This document shows positions 48,338 through 59,100 of a DNA stretch of 64,000 nucleotides, piece after piece. The position numbers were made by a program, and so were the translations under genes. This DNA comes from Gemmatimonadota bacterium (GTDB lineage: Bacteria > Gemmatimonadota > Gemmatimonadetes > Longimicrobiales > RSA9), in assembly GCA_040905425.1 (NCBI GenBank), contig JBBDRO010000080.1, positions 31,809-95,808 of the forward strand. The letters are read 5' to 3'. Under the pieces are notes generated by a model. That model did no database searches. It had not been told where the DNA came from and was given only the letters and a program-made list of their open reading frames with translations. The first letter of the stretch is position 1. Each line of letters opens with the position of its first letter.

Positions 48338-49986
48338 GGCAACCTGTACAGGAAGAGCGTGCGCGCCACCACGGCCTCCGGGGCCATGCGCGTAAAACGG
48401 TCGACCAGCGACCCCTCCAGGTACACTGGATGGAGGAGCGAGGCGGACACTACGGCCCACTCCGGTGGCGGCGCCGTGGGATCGGACCCGGGCGGCGCCT
48501 CCAGCGGAAAGAAGCTGGGCAGCGGCACATAGTCGATGCCGTAGCCCTCCGGGAGGGCCGAGCCGAAGTAGCTCAGATAGACGCGCTCGATGCCACGCTC
48601 GGCCATGGTCTCGCGCAGCGCCAGGAGACCCTGCCCCCAGTCCACGCTGGAGTCCACGAAGACCCGGTGTCCCTGGTTTCGAGCCGGCGCGTATTCACTC
48701 ACATAGCTCAGGAACCAGGGGTACCATGAGAGCGTGGACGCCGCGTGGGCCACCACGAGCGCCACCACGAGCACCGCCATGGCACGCCCCCGTGCGCGCC
48801 ACGCCCGCGCGGCCCCCGCCGCGGCCAGGATGCAGAGCAGCGGCAGCACCGGCAGGGCGTGTCGGAAACCGATGGCCAGGTTGGACGTGAGCAGCGCCGC
48901 CGCGAACACGAGCAAGCCCGCGAGGGGTGCGCGTAGCGGGGATTCGAGAAGCGACGCGGCTTCATCACGTACTCCCCCGCTCCGCCGTTCACGCCACCAG
49001 GCCAGCCCGCCCCCGAATGCGGCCACCACCAGCAGAACATGGAAGGCGGCGGGCGTCTTGTACAGGAAGGCCGCGGGGTACCACCACCACCACGAACCGC
49101 GCCGGATCTGGCCGCCGAAATAGGCCGGGATACCGTGGCCCTGTGTGACGTGGCCGAACGTGTGTGCCATACCGCGGAGGAACTCGTCCAGAACGAGATC
49201 CCCCCGATAGGTCAGCACGAGACCGGCGTAGAGCGCCAGCGCACCCGCACCCACAGCCCTGCGAGCCGCGTGGCGCCAGGCCGCGTCACCCCGCCGCCGC
49301 CAGGCCTCCGCGCCCAGCAGGAGCGCAGCCACCGGCCCCAGCACCACCGCGCTCAATTTGATGGACAGCGCAAGCGCCACGGCCAGGCCGGCCAGCACGC
49401 CCCGCCGCTGCGTGGGCCGCCGCACCGCCGCGTCCAGCGCGTAGACCGCGAGCAGGTAGGTGAGCGCCGCCGGCAGGTCGTTGTACGCCACGCCGCCGTG
49501 GGCCACCACGTCGGGGAGAAACGCCACCAGGGCCGCCGCCACAAGCGCGGGCCAGGGGCCCAGCGCAGGCCGCGTCAGGAGAAAGGTGGCCAGCGTAAGG
49601 AGGCCCACCATGAGTACGGCGAGAATGCGTCCGAGGAAGGCGATCCGCTCCGGATCGTTGCCCGTCTTCCAGTAGAATGTCTGGGCATAGTGGTAGCGGT
49701 AGCTCATGGCGGCGCGCTCCGCCTCCGCCATCTGGCTAGCAGACGGCAGCGTGGGCGCCGCGAGCAGATGCACCGGCAGTCCGTAGAGGTACTGCACGAG
49801 CGGCGGGTGCTCGGGGGCCAGGTCCCAGGCGCCGGTGGCGTAGCCGCGCGCGCCGCCCGCCACCATCACGATCTCGTCGAAGGTGGTGGACGTGCGCCGC
49901 GCCGCCAGCAGGGTGGCGGCCATGGAGGTGGCCGCAACGAGCCCCAGCAGCAGGAGCACCCGGCGCGGTGTGGGGACGCTAACCAT
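48334..49986 (-). CDS. GT-C (PMT/ArnT-like) membrane glycosyltransferase
   Basis: STTFDE acidic loop, EHPPL, multiple TMs, DSSVDWGQ. Confidence 0.82.
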   Translation of the reverse strand: MVSVPTPRRVLLLLGLVAATSMAATLLAARRTSTTFDEIVMVAGGARGYATGAWDLAPEHPPLVQYLYGLPVHLLAAPTLPSASQMAEAERAAMSYRYHYAQTFYWKTGNDPERIAFLGRILAVLMVGLLTLATFLLTRPALGPWPALVAAALVAFLPDVVAHGGVAYNDLPAALTYLLAVYALDAAVRRPTQRRGVLAGLAVALALSIKLSAVVLGPVAALLLGAEAWRRRGDAAWRHAARRAVGAGALALYAGLVLTYRGDLVLDEFLRGMAHTFGHVTQGHGIPAYFGGQIRRGSWWWWYPAAFLYKTPAAFHVLLVVAAFGGGLAWWRERRSGGVRDEAASLLESPLRAPLAGLLVFAAALLTSNLAIGFRHALPVLPLLCILAAAGAARAWRARGRAMAVLVVALVVAHAASTLSWYPWFLSYVSEYAPARNQGHRVFVDSSVDWGQGLLALRETMAERGIERVYLSYFGSALPEGYGIDYVPLPSFFPLEAPPGSDPTAPPPEWAVVSASLLHPVYLEGSLVDRFTRMAPEAVVARTLFLYRLP

Positions 49987-52036
49987 CGTCCCCCCAGATA
50001 CGACGCATGCCTTCCGCGTACGGCAGGGGTAGCGGCGCCCCGCGCAGCACCACCCACGGCGTGCGGTGCGGCTCGGCCGCGAGCAGGCGGGCGTTGGCCT
50101 CCCGCCCCAGATCGCGGACCAGCAGGATGCCCCGGCCAGGCAGGCCCGGCGCGTCCCCTCGCCACAGCTGGGACGCCACCTCGATGCCGCCCCCCGCCGC
50201 GAGGTCCGCCGCCGCCTCGCGCGCGCAATCCGCCGTCCACGTCTCCCCCGGAGCGCGGCGCACCACGCTGCCGGGTGCCAGTGCCGCGCGCGGCACGGGC
50301 GGGGCGGCGGGCTCGAAGCGCATCGTAGCGGCACCGGCCTCCCCCACGCTGAGCCGATGCGCCGCGCAGGTGCCGTTGGCGCGCATGGCCGTTTCCACGG
50401 AGTCCAGGCGCATCCCCCCCGCCGCCAGCCGCATGGCCACCCTGCTGCCCCACCCACCGTGGACGAAGACCACCGCGGGCGGCGCCACCTCCAGCGTGGC
50501 CAGCGCCGCGGCCGGCTCCGCATAGGATGCCAGGCGCACGGGGCCCAGCCAGCACACGCCGGCCACCACCCCGCCGCCCAGGAGAACGGCGGTGAAGACC
50601 CGCGGAGACCACCCGGGCAGGCGCGCACTCCGGCGCGGCACGCGGTGCAGCAGCCAGGCGGCCGCGAGTACCGTCATCAGCGCCCACGCCGGGGTTGTTT
50701 CATTCAGCATGCGGGGACCCATGAACAACCCGTGGTGCCAGTACGCCGCCAGGGCCACGAGAGGCACCAGCGCCCAGGCCACCACCAGCCGCTCACCCGG
50801 CGCCAGGCGCGGCGCCAGCAGCAGCCACAGCGCCGGCACGAGCAGGAGCGGCAGGGGCGCCTCCACGAGATGCACGGCGAGCGCGACCAGCTCGGCCGAG
50901 AGATAACCCAGTGCCTCCACGGGCCCGTAGCTGTTGCCCCAGGGGTCCAGGCCGAAGCCCAGACCGGACGCCGGTCCGAGCGCGGCTTCGTAGCCGAAGC
51001 GGGTGGGCGCGCCGAAGAAGTGCGCGTTGTAGGCCGCCACGGCCAGCGCTGCAGGGAGGCCGCCCGCCGCGAACGCGGCCGCCCGGCGCAGGCGTGCCGA
51101 GCCGCCGCCGGGGCCGGTGAGGAGCCAGACGCCCAGCACGCCCGCCAGCGCCACGGCAAAGAGGGGGCGGACGGCGCCGGCGGCGCCCACGGCCAGACCC
51201 GCCGCGAGGGCGCCGCCCGGCCGGTCCCGACCGGCCGCCGCCCACACCGCCAGCGCGCCGAACGCCATGGCGGGGGTGTGGCTCATGTACGCGCCCGCGT
51301 GCGCGATCGCAAACGGCGAGAGCGCCAGGAGCAGGACGGCGGCGCGCACCATGGCCGGCCGCTCGGGCAGGAGGCGAGTGGCCGCGGCCGCCGTGGCCGC
51401 CACCGCCACGGCCAGCAGGAGCGGCCCCACCAGGAACGGGGCGCCCAGGCGGAGCCCCGCCGCCAGCAGCAGTGGGTGGCCAGGGGGGTACTGGGAGACC
51501 CAGCCGGCCGTGGTCGGGAGCGCCTGCTGGAGGTGCCATGCGGGCAGCAGCGGTCCCACGGGGCCGGCCAGCCGACCCTCCGCCAGGAAGCGAGCGTGGA
51601 GGAGCTGCGCCATGCCGTCGATGAGGTTCGGACCGCCGCGCAGGGCCAGCAAGGAAAAGGCCGAGGCGAGCACGCCCGCCAGCACTGCTGCGCCGGTCGT
51701 GAAGAGCCACGCAGGAGGCTCCAGCAGGAGGGCACGGCCGCGTTCCAGGGCCCCATCGAGGCGCTCGGGCGCGAGCAACCGCGCGGCCAGGAGCGCTGGA
51801 ATGGCCAGCAGGAGCGCGCCACTCCAGGCCAGACCCAGGTAGGCATCCGCCATGGCCACCGTTACCGCGCCGGCCTGCCCGGTGGCGTCCGTGGCCAGCA
51901 CCCGGAACACCGGCAGGCAGGCCAGCGCCGCCAGCGCGCCTCCCGTCAGGACGCGCCCCGTACGGGCGGGAGCGCCCCACCCCGCGCGGCTGGAGCGCGC
52001 TCCGGCGGCGGCACCGGATGCATGCACGGCCCTCAC
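49979..52036 (-). CDS. GT-C-like polytopic membrane protein
   Basis: PNLIDGMAQ loop, SQYPPG, MSH, VRP, GPR motifs and many TMs. Start uncertain. Confidence 0.65.
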   Translation of the reverse strand: MRAVHASGAAAGARSSRAGWGAPARTGRVLTGGALAALACLPVFRVLATDATGQAGAVTVAMADAYLGLAWSGALLLAIPALLAARLLAPERLDGALERGRALLLEPPAWLFTTGAAVLAGVLASAFSLLALRGGPNLIDGMAQLLHARFLAEGRLAGPVGPLLPAWHLQQALPTTAGWVSQYPPGHPLLLAAGLRLGAPFLVGPLLLAVAVAATAAAATRLLPERPAMVRAAVLLLALSPFAIAHAGAYMSHTPAMAFGALAVWAAAGRDRPGGALAAGLAVGAAGAVRPLFAVALAGVLGVWLLTGPGGGSARLRRAAAFAAGGLPAALAVAAYNAHFFGAPTRFGYEAALGPASGLGFGLDPWGNSYGPVEALGYLSAELVALAVHLVEAPLPLLLVPALWLLLAPRLAPGERLVVAWALVPLVALAAYWHHGLFMGPRMLNETTPAWALMTVLAAAWLLHRVPRRSARLPGWSPRVFTAVLLGGGVVAGVCWLGPVRLASYAEPAAALATLEVAPPAVVFVHGGWGSRVAMRLAAGGMRLDSVETAMRANGTCAAHRLSVGEAGAATMRFEPAAPPVPRAALAPGSVVRRAPGETWTADCAREAAADLAAGGGIEVASQLWRGDAPGLPGRGILLVRDLGREANARLLAAEPHRTPWVVLRGAPLPLPYAEGMRRIWGDDG

Positions 52037-52046
52037 CCGGGCGCGG

Positions 52047-52844
52047 TCAGGATGACGGCCCCACCGGCGGCAGGGGCGGCCTGCGGTACTCCGGTGACCT
52101 GCCGGCCAGCACGTTGCTCCGGAAGATGTGCCAGAACGCGGCCACGCCATCCTTCCAGTTGATCTTCTTGCCCTCCACGTAGGTGCGCCCGTCGTAGCGG
52201 ATGGGCACCTCGTAGATACGCGCGCGCGACTGGGCCAGGCGGGCGGTCAGTTCGGGCTCGATGCCGAACCGGTCGGCGCTGAGCGGCAGGCTCTTCATCA
52301 GATCGGCCCGCACCATCTTGTAGCACGTCTCCATGTCGGTCAGGTTCAGATCCGTGAACATGTTGGACATGAGCGTGAGCACGCCGTTACCCACGCGGTG
52401 CCAGAAGTAGAGCACCCGGTGGGGCCCGCCCAGGAAGCGGCTGCCGAAGACCGCGTCGGCACGCCCCACGGCAATGGGTTGAATGAGGACGGTCAGATCC
52501 TGTGGATCGTACTCCAGGTCGGCGTCCTGGATGACGATCACGTCCCCGGTGGCCGCCTCGATGCCGCGCCGCACCGCGGCGCCCTTGCCCCGGTTCTCCG
52601 GCTGCAGGATGAGCACGTCCACCGTGCCCTCCCGCTCCAACCGCTCGAGCACGGCACGCGTGCCGTCCGAGGAGCCATCGTCCACGCACACCACCTCCAT
52701 GTTCAGCGCTACGCGGCGCAGGCGCTCGATGGCCACCGCTACCGTGGGTGCCTCGTTGTAGACCGGCATGACCACGCTCAAACGGAGCGCGGCCATGGCT
52801 GCGGCCGCCGTAGCCGCGTCCTCGCGGCGGTAGTCTACAGTCAT
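52047..52844 (-). CDS. GT2 DPM1-like polyprenyl-phosphate sugar synthase (no TM)
   Basis: MPVYNE, VDDGSSDG, NRGKGAA, IQDADLEY, GSRF, DMETCYK, EGKKINWKDG. Confidence 0.9.
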   Translation of the reverse strand: MTVDYRREDAATAAAAMAALRLSVVMPVYNEAPTVAVAIERLRRVALNMEVVCVDDGSSDGTRAVLERLEREGTVDVLILQPENRGKGAAVRRGIEAATGDVIVIQDADLEYDPQDLTVLIQPIAVGRADAVFGSRFLGGPHRVLYFWHRVGNGVLTLMSNMFTDLNLTDMETCYKMVRADLMKSLPLSADRFGIEPELTARLAQSRARIYEVPIRYDGRTYVEGKKINWKDGVAAFWHIFRSNVLAGRSPEYRRPPLPPVGPSS

Positions 52845-54211
52845 CCGTTGCCGATCCCGTAGCGGTTCAGCTTGCGATAGAGCGTCGAGGGGTCGATCCC
52901 CAGGACCTCCGCGGCGCGGGCCTTGTTGCCCTCCTCCGCCTCGAGCACCCACAGGATGTAGGCCCGCTCGATGATTTCCAGCGTGGGGTTCGCCGGCGTG
53001 TTCTCCGTCACCAGCGGCGCGGCAGCCGGCTCGCGCACCCGACCCGGGAGCGCGTCCACGTCGATCACGTCACCGTCCGTGACGATCACAGCTCGTTCGA
53101 GCGCGTTCTCCAGCTCACGCACGTTGCCGGGCCAGTCGTACGCACGCAACAGCGCCATGGCCTCCGGCGTCACCCTCAGCCCCGCTCGGGCGTGGTGCTC
53201 GGCCAGGCGCCCCAGGAAGCGCTCCGCCAGGAGCTGCACATCCTCCTCCCGCTCCCGCAGCGGCGGCAGGTGCAGCGTGATCACGTTCAGCCGGTAGTAG
53301 AGGTCGCTGCGGAAGGTGCCGGCGCGGATCTCGTGGTCCAGGTCCCGGTTGGTGGCGGCAATGATGCGCACATCGATCTGCCGCACCTCGGTGGAACCCA
53401 CCGCCACGATCTCCCGCTCCTGGATGGCGCGCAGCAGCTTCACCTGGAGCTGCGGAGACATCTCCGCCACCTCGTCCAGGAAGAAGGTGCCGCCGCGGGC
53501 CGCTTCCAGCAGCCCCTGCTTGTCACGCACGGCGCCGGTGAAGCTGCCCTTCACGTGGCCGAACAGTTCGGATTCCAGGAGGTTCTCGGGCAGCGCGCCG
53601 CAGTTGATGGACACGTACGGCCCGTCCTCCCGCTCGGAGAGCCGGTGGATGTAGCGCGCCAGCACCTCCTTACCCGTGCCGCTCTCCCCCGTGATGAGCA
53701 CCGTGGAGTCGGTGGGTGCCACCATCTCCGCCAGCTGGAGGACGTCCACGAAGGTGCGGCTGGTGCCCGTGGGCCGACCGGCCGCCGCGGGGTCCCGGCG
53801 CCGGATCTCCTTCTTGAGCGCCCGGTTCTCCCGGGACAGGATCCGGGTTTCGGCCGCGCGACGCAGCAACGTGACCAGCTCGGCGTTGGAGAAAGGCTTC
53901 TGGAGGTAGTAATAAGCGCCCTCGTTGACCGCGTTCACCGCCGACTGCAGCGACGCCTGCGCCGTCATGAGGATGACCGGCGTCTCGGGATCCCGCTCCC
54001 GCACGGCGGTGAGCACCTCGATACCGCTCACGTGGGGCATGCGGATGTCCGTGAGGACGATGTCGGGCGCCTCCTCGTCCAGCCTGTCGATGGCCTCCCG
54101 CGCGTCGTGGTAGCCCACGGCCTGGAAGCCCTCACCGCGCAGCAGGATCTCCACGGTGTCCAGAATGGCGCGCTCGTCATCGATGATGAGCACCTTCGGC
54201 TTGCCACTCAT
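52841..54211 (-). CDS. PilR-like sigma-54 response regulator
   Basis: REC with TDIRMP, GSFTGA AAA domain, HTH; coupled to a PilS-like kinase. Confidence 0.9.
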   Translation of the reverse strand: MSGKPKVLIIDDERAILDTVEILLRGEGFQAVGYHDAREAIDRLDEEAPDIVLTDIRMPHVSGIEVLTAVRERDPETPVILMTAQASLQSAVNAVNEGAYYYLQKPFSNAELVTLLRRAAETRILSRENRALKKEIRRRDPAAAGRPTGTSRTFVDVLQLAEMVAPTDSTVLITGESGTGKEVLARYIHRLSEREDGPYVSINCGALPENLLESELFGHVKGSFTGAVRDKQGLLEAARGGTFFLDEVAEMSPQLQVKLLRAIQEREIVAVGSTEVRQIDVRIIAATNRDLDHEIRAGTFRSDLYYRLNVITLHLPPLREREEDVQLLAERFLGRLAEHHARAGLRVTPEAMALLRAYDWPGNVRELENALERAVIVTDGDVIDVDALPGRVREPAAAPLVTENTPANPTLEIIERAYILWVLEAEEGNKARAAEVLGIDPSTLYRKLNRYGIGNG

Positions 54212-55845
54212 CCTTTTCCTCCGGGTGCCCTGGCGGGCAGATAGACCGTGAAGCGGGCGCCCGGTCCGTCCTCCAGGCGGCCGTCCACCAGGATGCTGCC
54301 GCTGTGCGCCTCGACGGCGCGGTGGACGAGGGCCAGACCCAGCCCGGTCCCCCCCTCGCGCGTGGTATAGAAGGGATCGAAGATCTTTGCGGTCTCCTCC
54401 TCTTCGATGCCCGGCCCCGAATCCCGTACGCTGAACCGTACGGGTGCGCGCATGGCCATGCCCTCGGGGAGCGCCCCCTGAGCCAGCGGGCCCACCTCCA
54501 CGCGCACCCGTCCGTCGGGACCCGAATGTTGCGCGGCATTCAGCAGCAGATTGAAGAGCGCGCGGTGGAGCAGGTCCCGATCACCATCCACCATGACGGG
54601 CCCCGCGGGTCGATCCACCTCCAGGCGGACGCCGTTGCCCGCGGCGGGATGCTGGCGGACCAGCTCCATGGCCTCCGCCACCACCTCCGTGAGGTCCACC
54701 TCACCCCAGCGATCGGCTTCGTACCCGCTGAACTCCATGAAGTCGGTGAGCAGCCGGCTGAGCCGTTGCGATTCGTTCACCACCAGCCGCCGCAGCACCT
54801 CCCGGTCGGGTCCCGGCATGTCCTCGGACGCGGCCAGCTGCTCCGCGGCGCTGCGCAGGGAGGCCAGCGGATTCTTGATCTCGTGCGCCAGGGACGCGCC
54901 CAGCTCCGCCACCGCCTGCAGCCGCTCCGCGCGCCGCAGGAGCTCCTCGATGCGTTTGGTCTCCGTATTGTCCTGGACCACCGCGGTCACCCACGGCTGC
55001 CCCTCCCGGTTCAGCACGGTGGTACGCACGCCCAGGTAGCGATCGCTCGTGTCGGTGCGCCGGCGGATCTCGTAGCGGCGGATCGGCACGCCGGTCTTGG
55101 CGGTACGCTGGATGACCGTGCCCAGGCCGGGCGCGCGGCGGTCCAGTTCGGGCAGCACCGAGCGGGTCCGCCAGGCGTCGGGATCCAGCGAGAGGAGGGC
55201 CACCGCCGCGTCGTTGGCGTAGGACAGGCGCCCTTCGCCGTCCACCGTGAGCAGGGCCGTGTCGATGGCCGCGAGCATCTCGTTGGTGTCCAGGCGCAGC
55301 TGGCGCAGCGCCGACTCCATGGCGCCCAGCTCCACGCCGGTACGCCGCAGGCGGTCACCCAGCGCGCCCGTGACCAGCGCGATCGCGGCAAAGAGGACGA
55401 TCTGCAGCAGGGCCTCCACCTCCGCCGGGTCCGTATGAAGCCAGACCAGGTCCGCGAAATAGAGGATGCTGGCAAGCGCGCCGATGAGCATGCCGCCCGG
55501 TACCGGCAACGTGAGCGCACCGGTAGCGATGACCAGGATGTAGAGCGGCGGGAAGGGGCTGATGCCATCCTGTACGGTGATATGCACCACCGCGGTGACC
55601 AGCAGGGTATCGAAGATGGACTGGGCGTAGAGGAAGTTCGTGCCGGGCGCCCGCCCCAGGATCTCCGTCCACCAGAAGCTGATCACGGTGAAGGTGACGG
55701 CCAGCAGCAGCGCAAGCGTGGCCACCAGGGCCGTCACCGGGTCGCCACCGCCGGGCAGGACGAAGAGGGCGGCGGTAAAGATACCCGCGGCCAGCGTCAG
55801 GCGGCCCAGGTAGAGCCACCGGAGCAGCTTCAGCGTCTGCACCAT
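54208..55845 (-). CDS. PilS-like multi-TM PAS sensor histidine kinase
   Basis: About 6 TMs (LYLGRL...DTLLVT...SPFPPLY), PAS, AHEIKNPL, G boxes. Confidence 0.85.
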   Translation of the reverse strand: MVQTLKLLRWLYLGRLTLAAGIFTAALFVLPGGGDPVTALVATLALLLAVTFTVISFWWTEILGRAPGTNFLYAQSIFDTLLVTAVVHITVQDGISPFPPLYILVIATGALTLPVPGGMLIGALASILYFADLVWLHTDPAEVEALLQIVLFAAIALVTGALGDRLRRTGVELGAMESALRQLRLDTNEMLAAIDTALLTVDGEGRLSYANDAAVALLSLDPDAWRTRSVLPELDRRAPGLGTVIQRTAKTGVPIRRYEIRRRTDTSDRYLGVRTTVLNREGQPWVTAVVQDNTETKRIEELLRRAERLQAVAELGASLAHEIKNPLASLRSAAEQLAASEDMPGPDREVLRRLVVNESQRLSRLLTDFMEFSGYEADRWGEVDLTEVVAEAMELVRQHPAAGNGVRLEVDRPAGPVMVDGDRDLLHRALFNLLLNAAQHSGPDGRVRVEVGPLAQGALPEGMAMRAPVRFSVRDSGPGIEEEETAKIFDPFYTTREGGTGLGLALVHRAVEAHSGSILVDGRLEDGPGARFTVYLPARAPGGKG

Positions 55846-56077
55846 GCCGTACTTTCGCGCAGCGGAGCAACCGGTCCGTGGGGGGAGGGGACGGCCGGTA
55901 CGCACGCGAAGGTAGCAGCCGCTCTTGCGTAATGCAATGACGCAGCTTGCAAATTTCCAGAAGCGCCAGTGGGGCGCGCCCGGGATCTTTACGACGTGTT
56001 ATCCGGTAAGGCTTCTGTAGAACGCTTGGGCGGAGCCGCCCGCGCACCCGGTCGGGACCGCTGCGCCAGGCACGGTC

Positions 56078-56092
56078 TGGTACGCCGATTGC
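56078..56092 (+). promoter_or_regulatory. Sigma-54 -24/-12 promoter of the Omp85-family gene
   Basis: TGGTACGCCGATTGC, one mismatch to TGGCACG-N4-TTGC, ~60 nt before ATG 56152. Confidence 0.75.
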
Positions 56093-56151
56093 GCCCGGGA
56101 CTTTCCGCCCAGCACATGATCGATGACCCGGTACCCTTCCAGGGGGAACGC

Positions 56152-59100
56152 ATGACCCGCCATCTCGTACGCGCAGCACTGCTGACCCTGCTGGCCGTGC
56201 CCATGGAGCTCGCCGTGCCGCCGACCGCGAGCGCTCAGTACTTCGGCCGCCAGAAGGTCCAGTACGAGGACTTCGACTGGCACGTCATGCACACGGACCG
56301 CTTCGACGTCCACTTCTATCCTGAAGCGCAGACCGCCACGGATGACGCCGCCCGCATGGCGGAGCGCTGGTATCTGCGTCTCTCGAACGCCTTCCAGCAC
56401 GGCTTCGACAGGAAGCCGCTCATCTTCTACGCGGACCATCCGGACTTCCAGCAGACCAACGTCATCCAGAGCATGCTCGGTGAGGGCACCGGCGGCGTCA
56501 CGGAGGGCCTCAAGAACCGCGTCATCATGCCCTACACCGGCCGCTACGCGGAGAATGACCACGTGCTGGGGCACGAACTGGTGCACGTCTTCCAGTACGA
56601 CCTGGCACAGGCGCCGGGCGGCGGCGGCCTCACCGGCATGAGCCGGCTGCCGCTGTGGCTCGTGGAGGGGATGGCGGAGTATCTCTCCGTGGGGCGTGAG
56701 GACACGCACACCGCCATGTGGCTGCGGGACGCCACGCTGCGCGGCGAGCTGCCCACCATCGACCAGCTGTGCTGCGACCCGCGCTTCTTCCCCTACCGCT
56801 ACGGCCAGGCGCTGTGGGCATATATCGGCGGCCGCTGGGGTGACTACACGGTCACCGAGCTCTACCGGTTCTCCCTGCGTTTCGGCTGGGACGAGGCCGT
56901 GGAGCGCGTCCTCGGCGTGACCAATGACGAACTCTCCGACGCCTGGCAGACGGCCGTGCGCGCCACCTACCTGCCGATCGTCCAGGGGCGGCAGCGTCCG
57001 GAGGACGCCGGTGATCCGGTGCTCGTGGAGGAGGGCGATGCCGCCATGCACCTGGCGCCCGCCATCAGCCCGGATGGCCGCTGGATCGCGTACTTCGGCA
57101 GGCGGGACATCTTCACCGTGGAGCTCTACCTGGCGGACGCCCGCACGGGTGAGGTCGTGGAACGCCTCACCCGCTCCACCGGATCCGAGCACTACGACGC
57201 CCTGGCCTTCATTTCCTCGGCGGGGGCCTGGTCACCCGACGGCAGCAAGTTTGCCTTCCTGGTGTTCGAGCAGGGGGACAACCGCATCAAGATCCTGGAC
57301 GTGGCGTCCCAGAAGGTGGAACGGACCATCGAGCTCGCCGAGGTGGGCGCCATCCAGCATCCCGCGTGGTCACCCGACGGCCGCACCCTGGCCTTTTCGG
57401 GGCTCAAGGGCGGGCTCAGCGATCTCTATCTCCTGGACCTGCCCAGCGGGGATCTGCGCCAGCTCACGGATGACCGCTACGCCGACCTGGAGCCCGCCTG
57501 GTCGCCGGACGGCGGGACGCTGGTCTTCGTCACCGATCGGGGCCCCGATACGGACTTCCGGACGCTCGTGTACGGCAACATGAACCTGGCCACCTACGAC
57601 GTGGCCACCGGCCGGATGGAGGTGCTCGACATCTTCGCCGGGTCCAAGCACATCAATCCGCAGTACGCGCCCGACGGCCGCTCCATCTACTTCGTCTCCG
57701 ACCGCGAGGGGTTCAGTGACCTCTACCGGCTGGAGCTGGCGTCGGGCGCGGCTTTCCAGATCACGCGCCTGGCCACGGGCGTGAGCGGCATCACAGCCAT
57801 GTCCCCCGCCATGACCGTGGCGGCCAATGACGGCCGCGTGGTGTTCTCCGTCTTCGAGGGCGGCGGCTACAACGTCTACGCGCTGCCCGCCGAGCGGGCC
57901 GTGGGCGAGCGGGTCACGGCCGCGCCGGCCGGCCCCGTGGTGGCGGGGATCCTGCCGCCGGTGGAAGCGGCCGGCACCGGCGTCGTGGCCAGTTATCTGG
58001 ACGAGCCGCTCGCGGGGCTGCCGCCCGCCACCGTGGAGTACGCTGTGACCGAGTACGACCCGGGGCTCCAGCTGGACTTCCTGGGCCCGCCTTCCGTGGG
58101 CATCGGGGTCAGCACCTTCGGCACCGGTCTGGTCGGCGGCGTCTCGGCGTACTTCTCGGACATGATGGGAGACCACCAACTGGCGGCGGCCGTGCAGGCC
58201 CAGGGGACGCTCAAGGACGTGGGCGCGCAGGTGGCATACTTCAACGCCGAACGCCGCTTCAACTGGGGGGCGAACGCCGGCCACGTGCCCTACCTGACGG
58301 GCCAGGCCTACTTTGCCCAGGACGGCGGTCAGCTGCTGTACGTGGAGCGCTTGCAGCGGATCTTCGTGGACCAGGCCAGCCTGGGCGCGCAGTACCCGCT
58401 CTCCACCACGCGCCGCTTCGAGGTCAACGGCGGGGTCACGCACCTGGGCTTCGACACGGAAGAAAGGCGCATCCCCATCGATCCGAATGGCAACCAGGTG
58501 GGTGAGGAGGAGCGCGTCGACCTGCCCAGCCCCGACGGGGTCTTCCTGGCCAACGCCGCGGCCGCCTTCGTGGGGGACAACTCCTTCTTCGGCTTCACCT
58601 CCCCGGTGGCCGGTCAGCGCTATCGCTTCGAGGTGAGCCCCACGCTGGGGGACCTGACCTACACCACCGCGCTCGCCGACTACCGTCGCTACCTCTTCCG
58701 CACGCCCTTCACACTGGCGTTCCGCGGCCTGCACTACGGGCGCTACGGGCCGGATGCGGAGAACCTGGTGCAGGACGGTGTGCAGCTCCTCAGGCCGCTC
58801 TTCCTGGGCTATCACACGTTCATGCGCGGCTACGACTGGAACAGCTTCAGCGGTGCCGAGTGCACGCAGATCGAGGGCGGTACCACGTGCCCCGAATTCG
58901 ACCGCCTACTGGGCAGCCGCATCGGCGTGGTGAACCTGGAACTGCGCATCCCCGTGTTCGGCGTGGAGGAGTTCGGGCTCATCACCTTCCCCTACCTGCC
59001 GCTCGAGGTATCCCCCTTCGTGGATGCCGGCGTGGCGTGGGAATCGGGCAGCACGCCGGACTTCCGCTTCGACCGCAACACCCCCGACCGCGTCCCGGTG

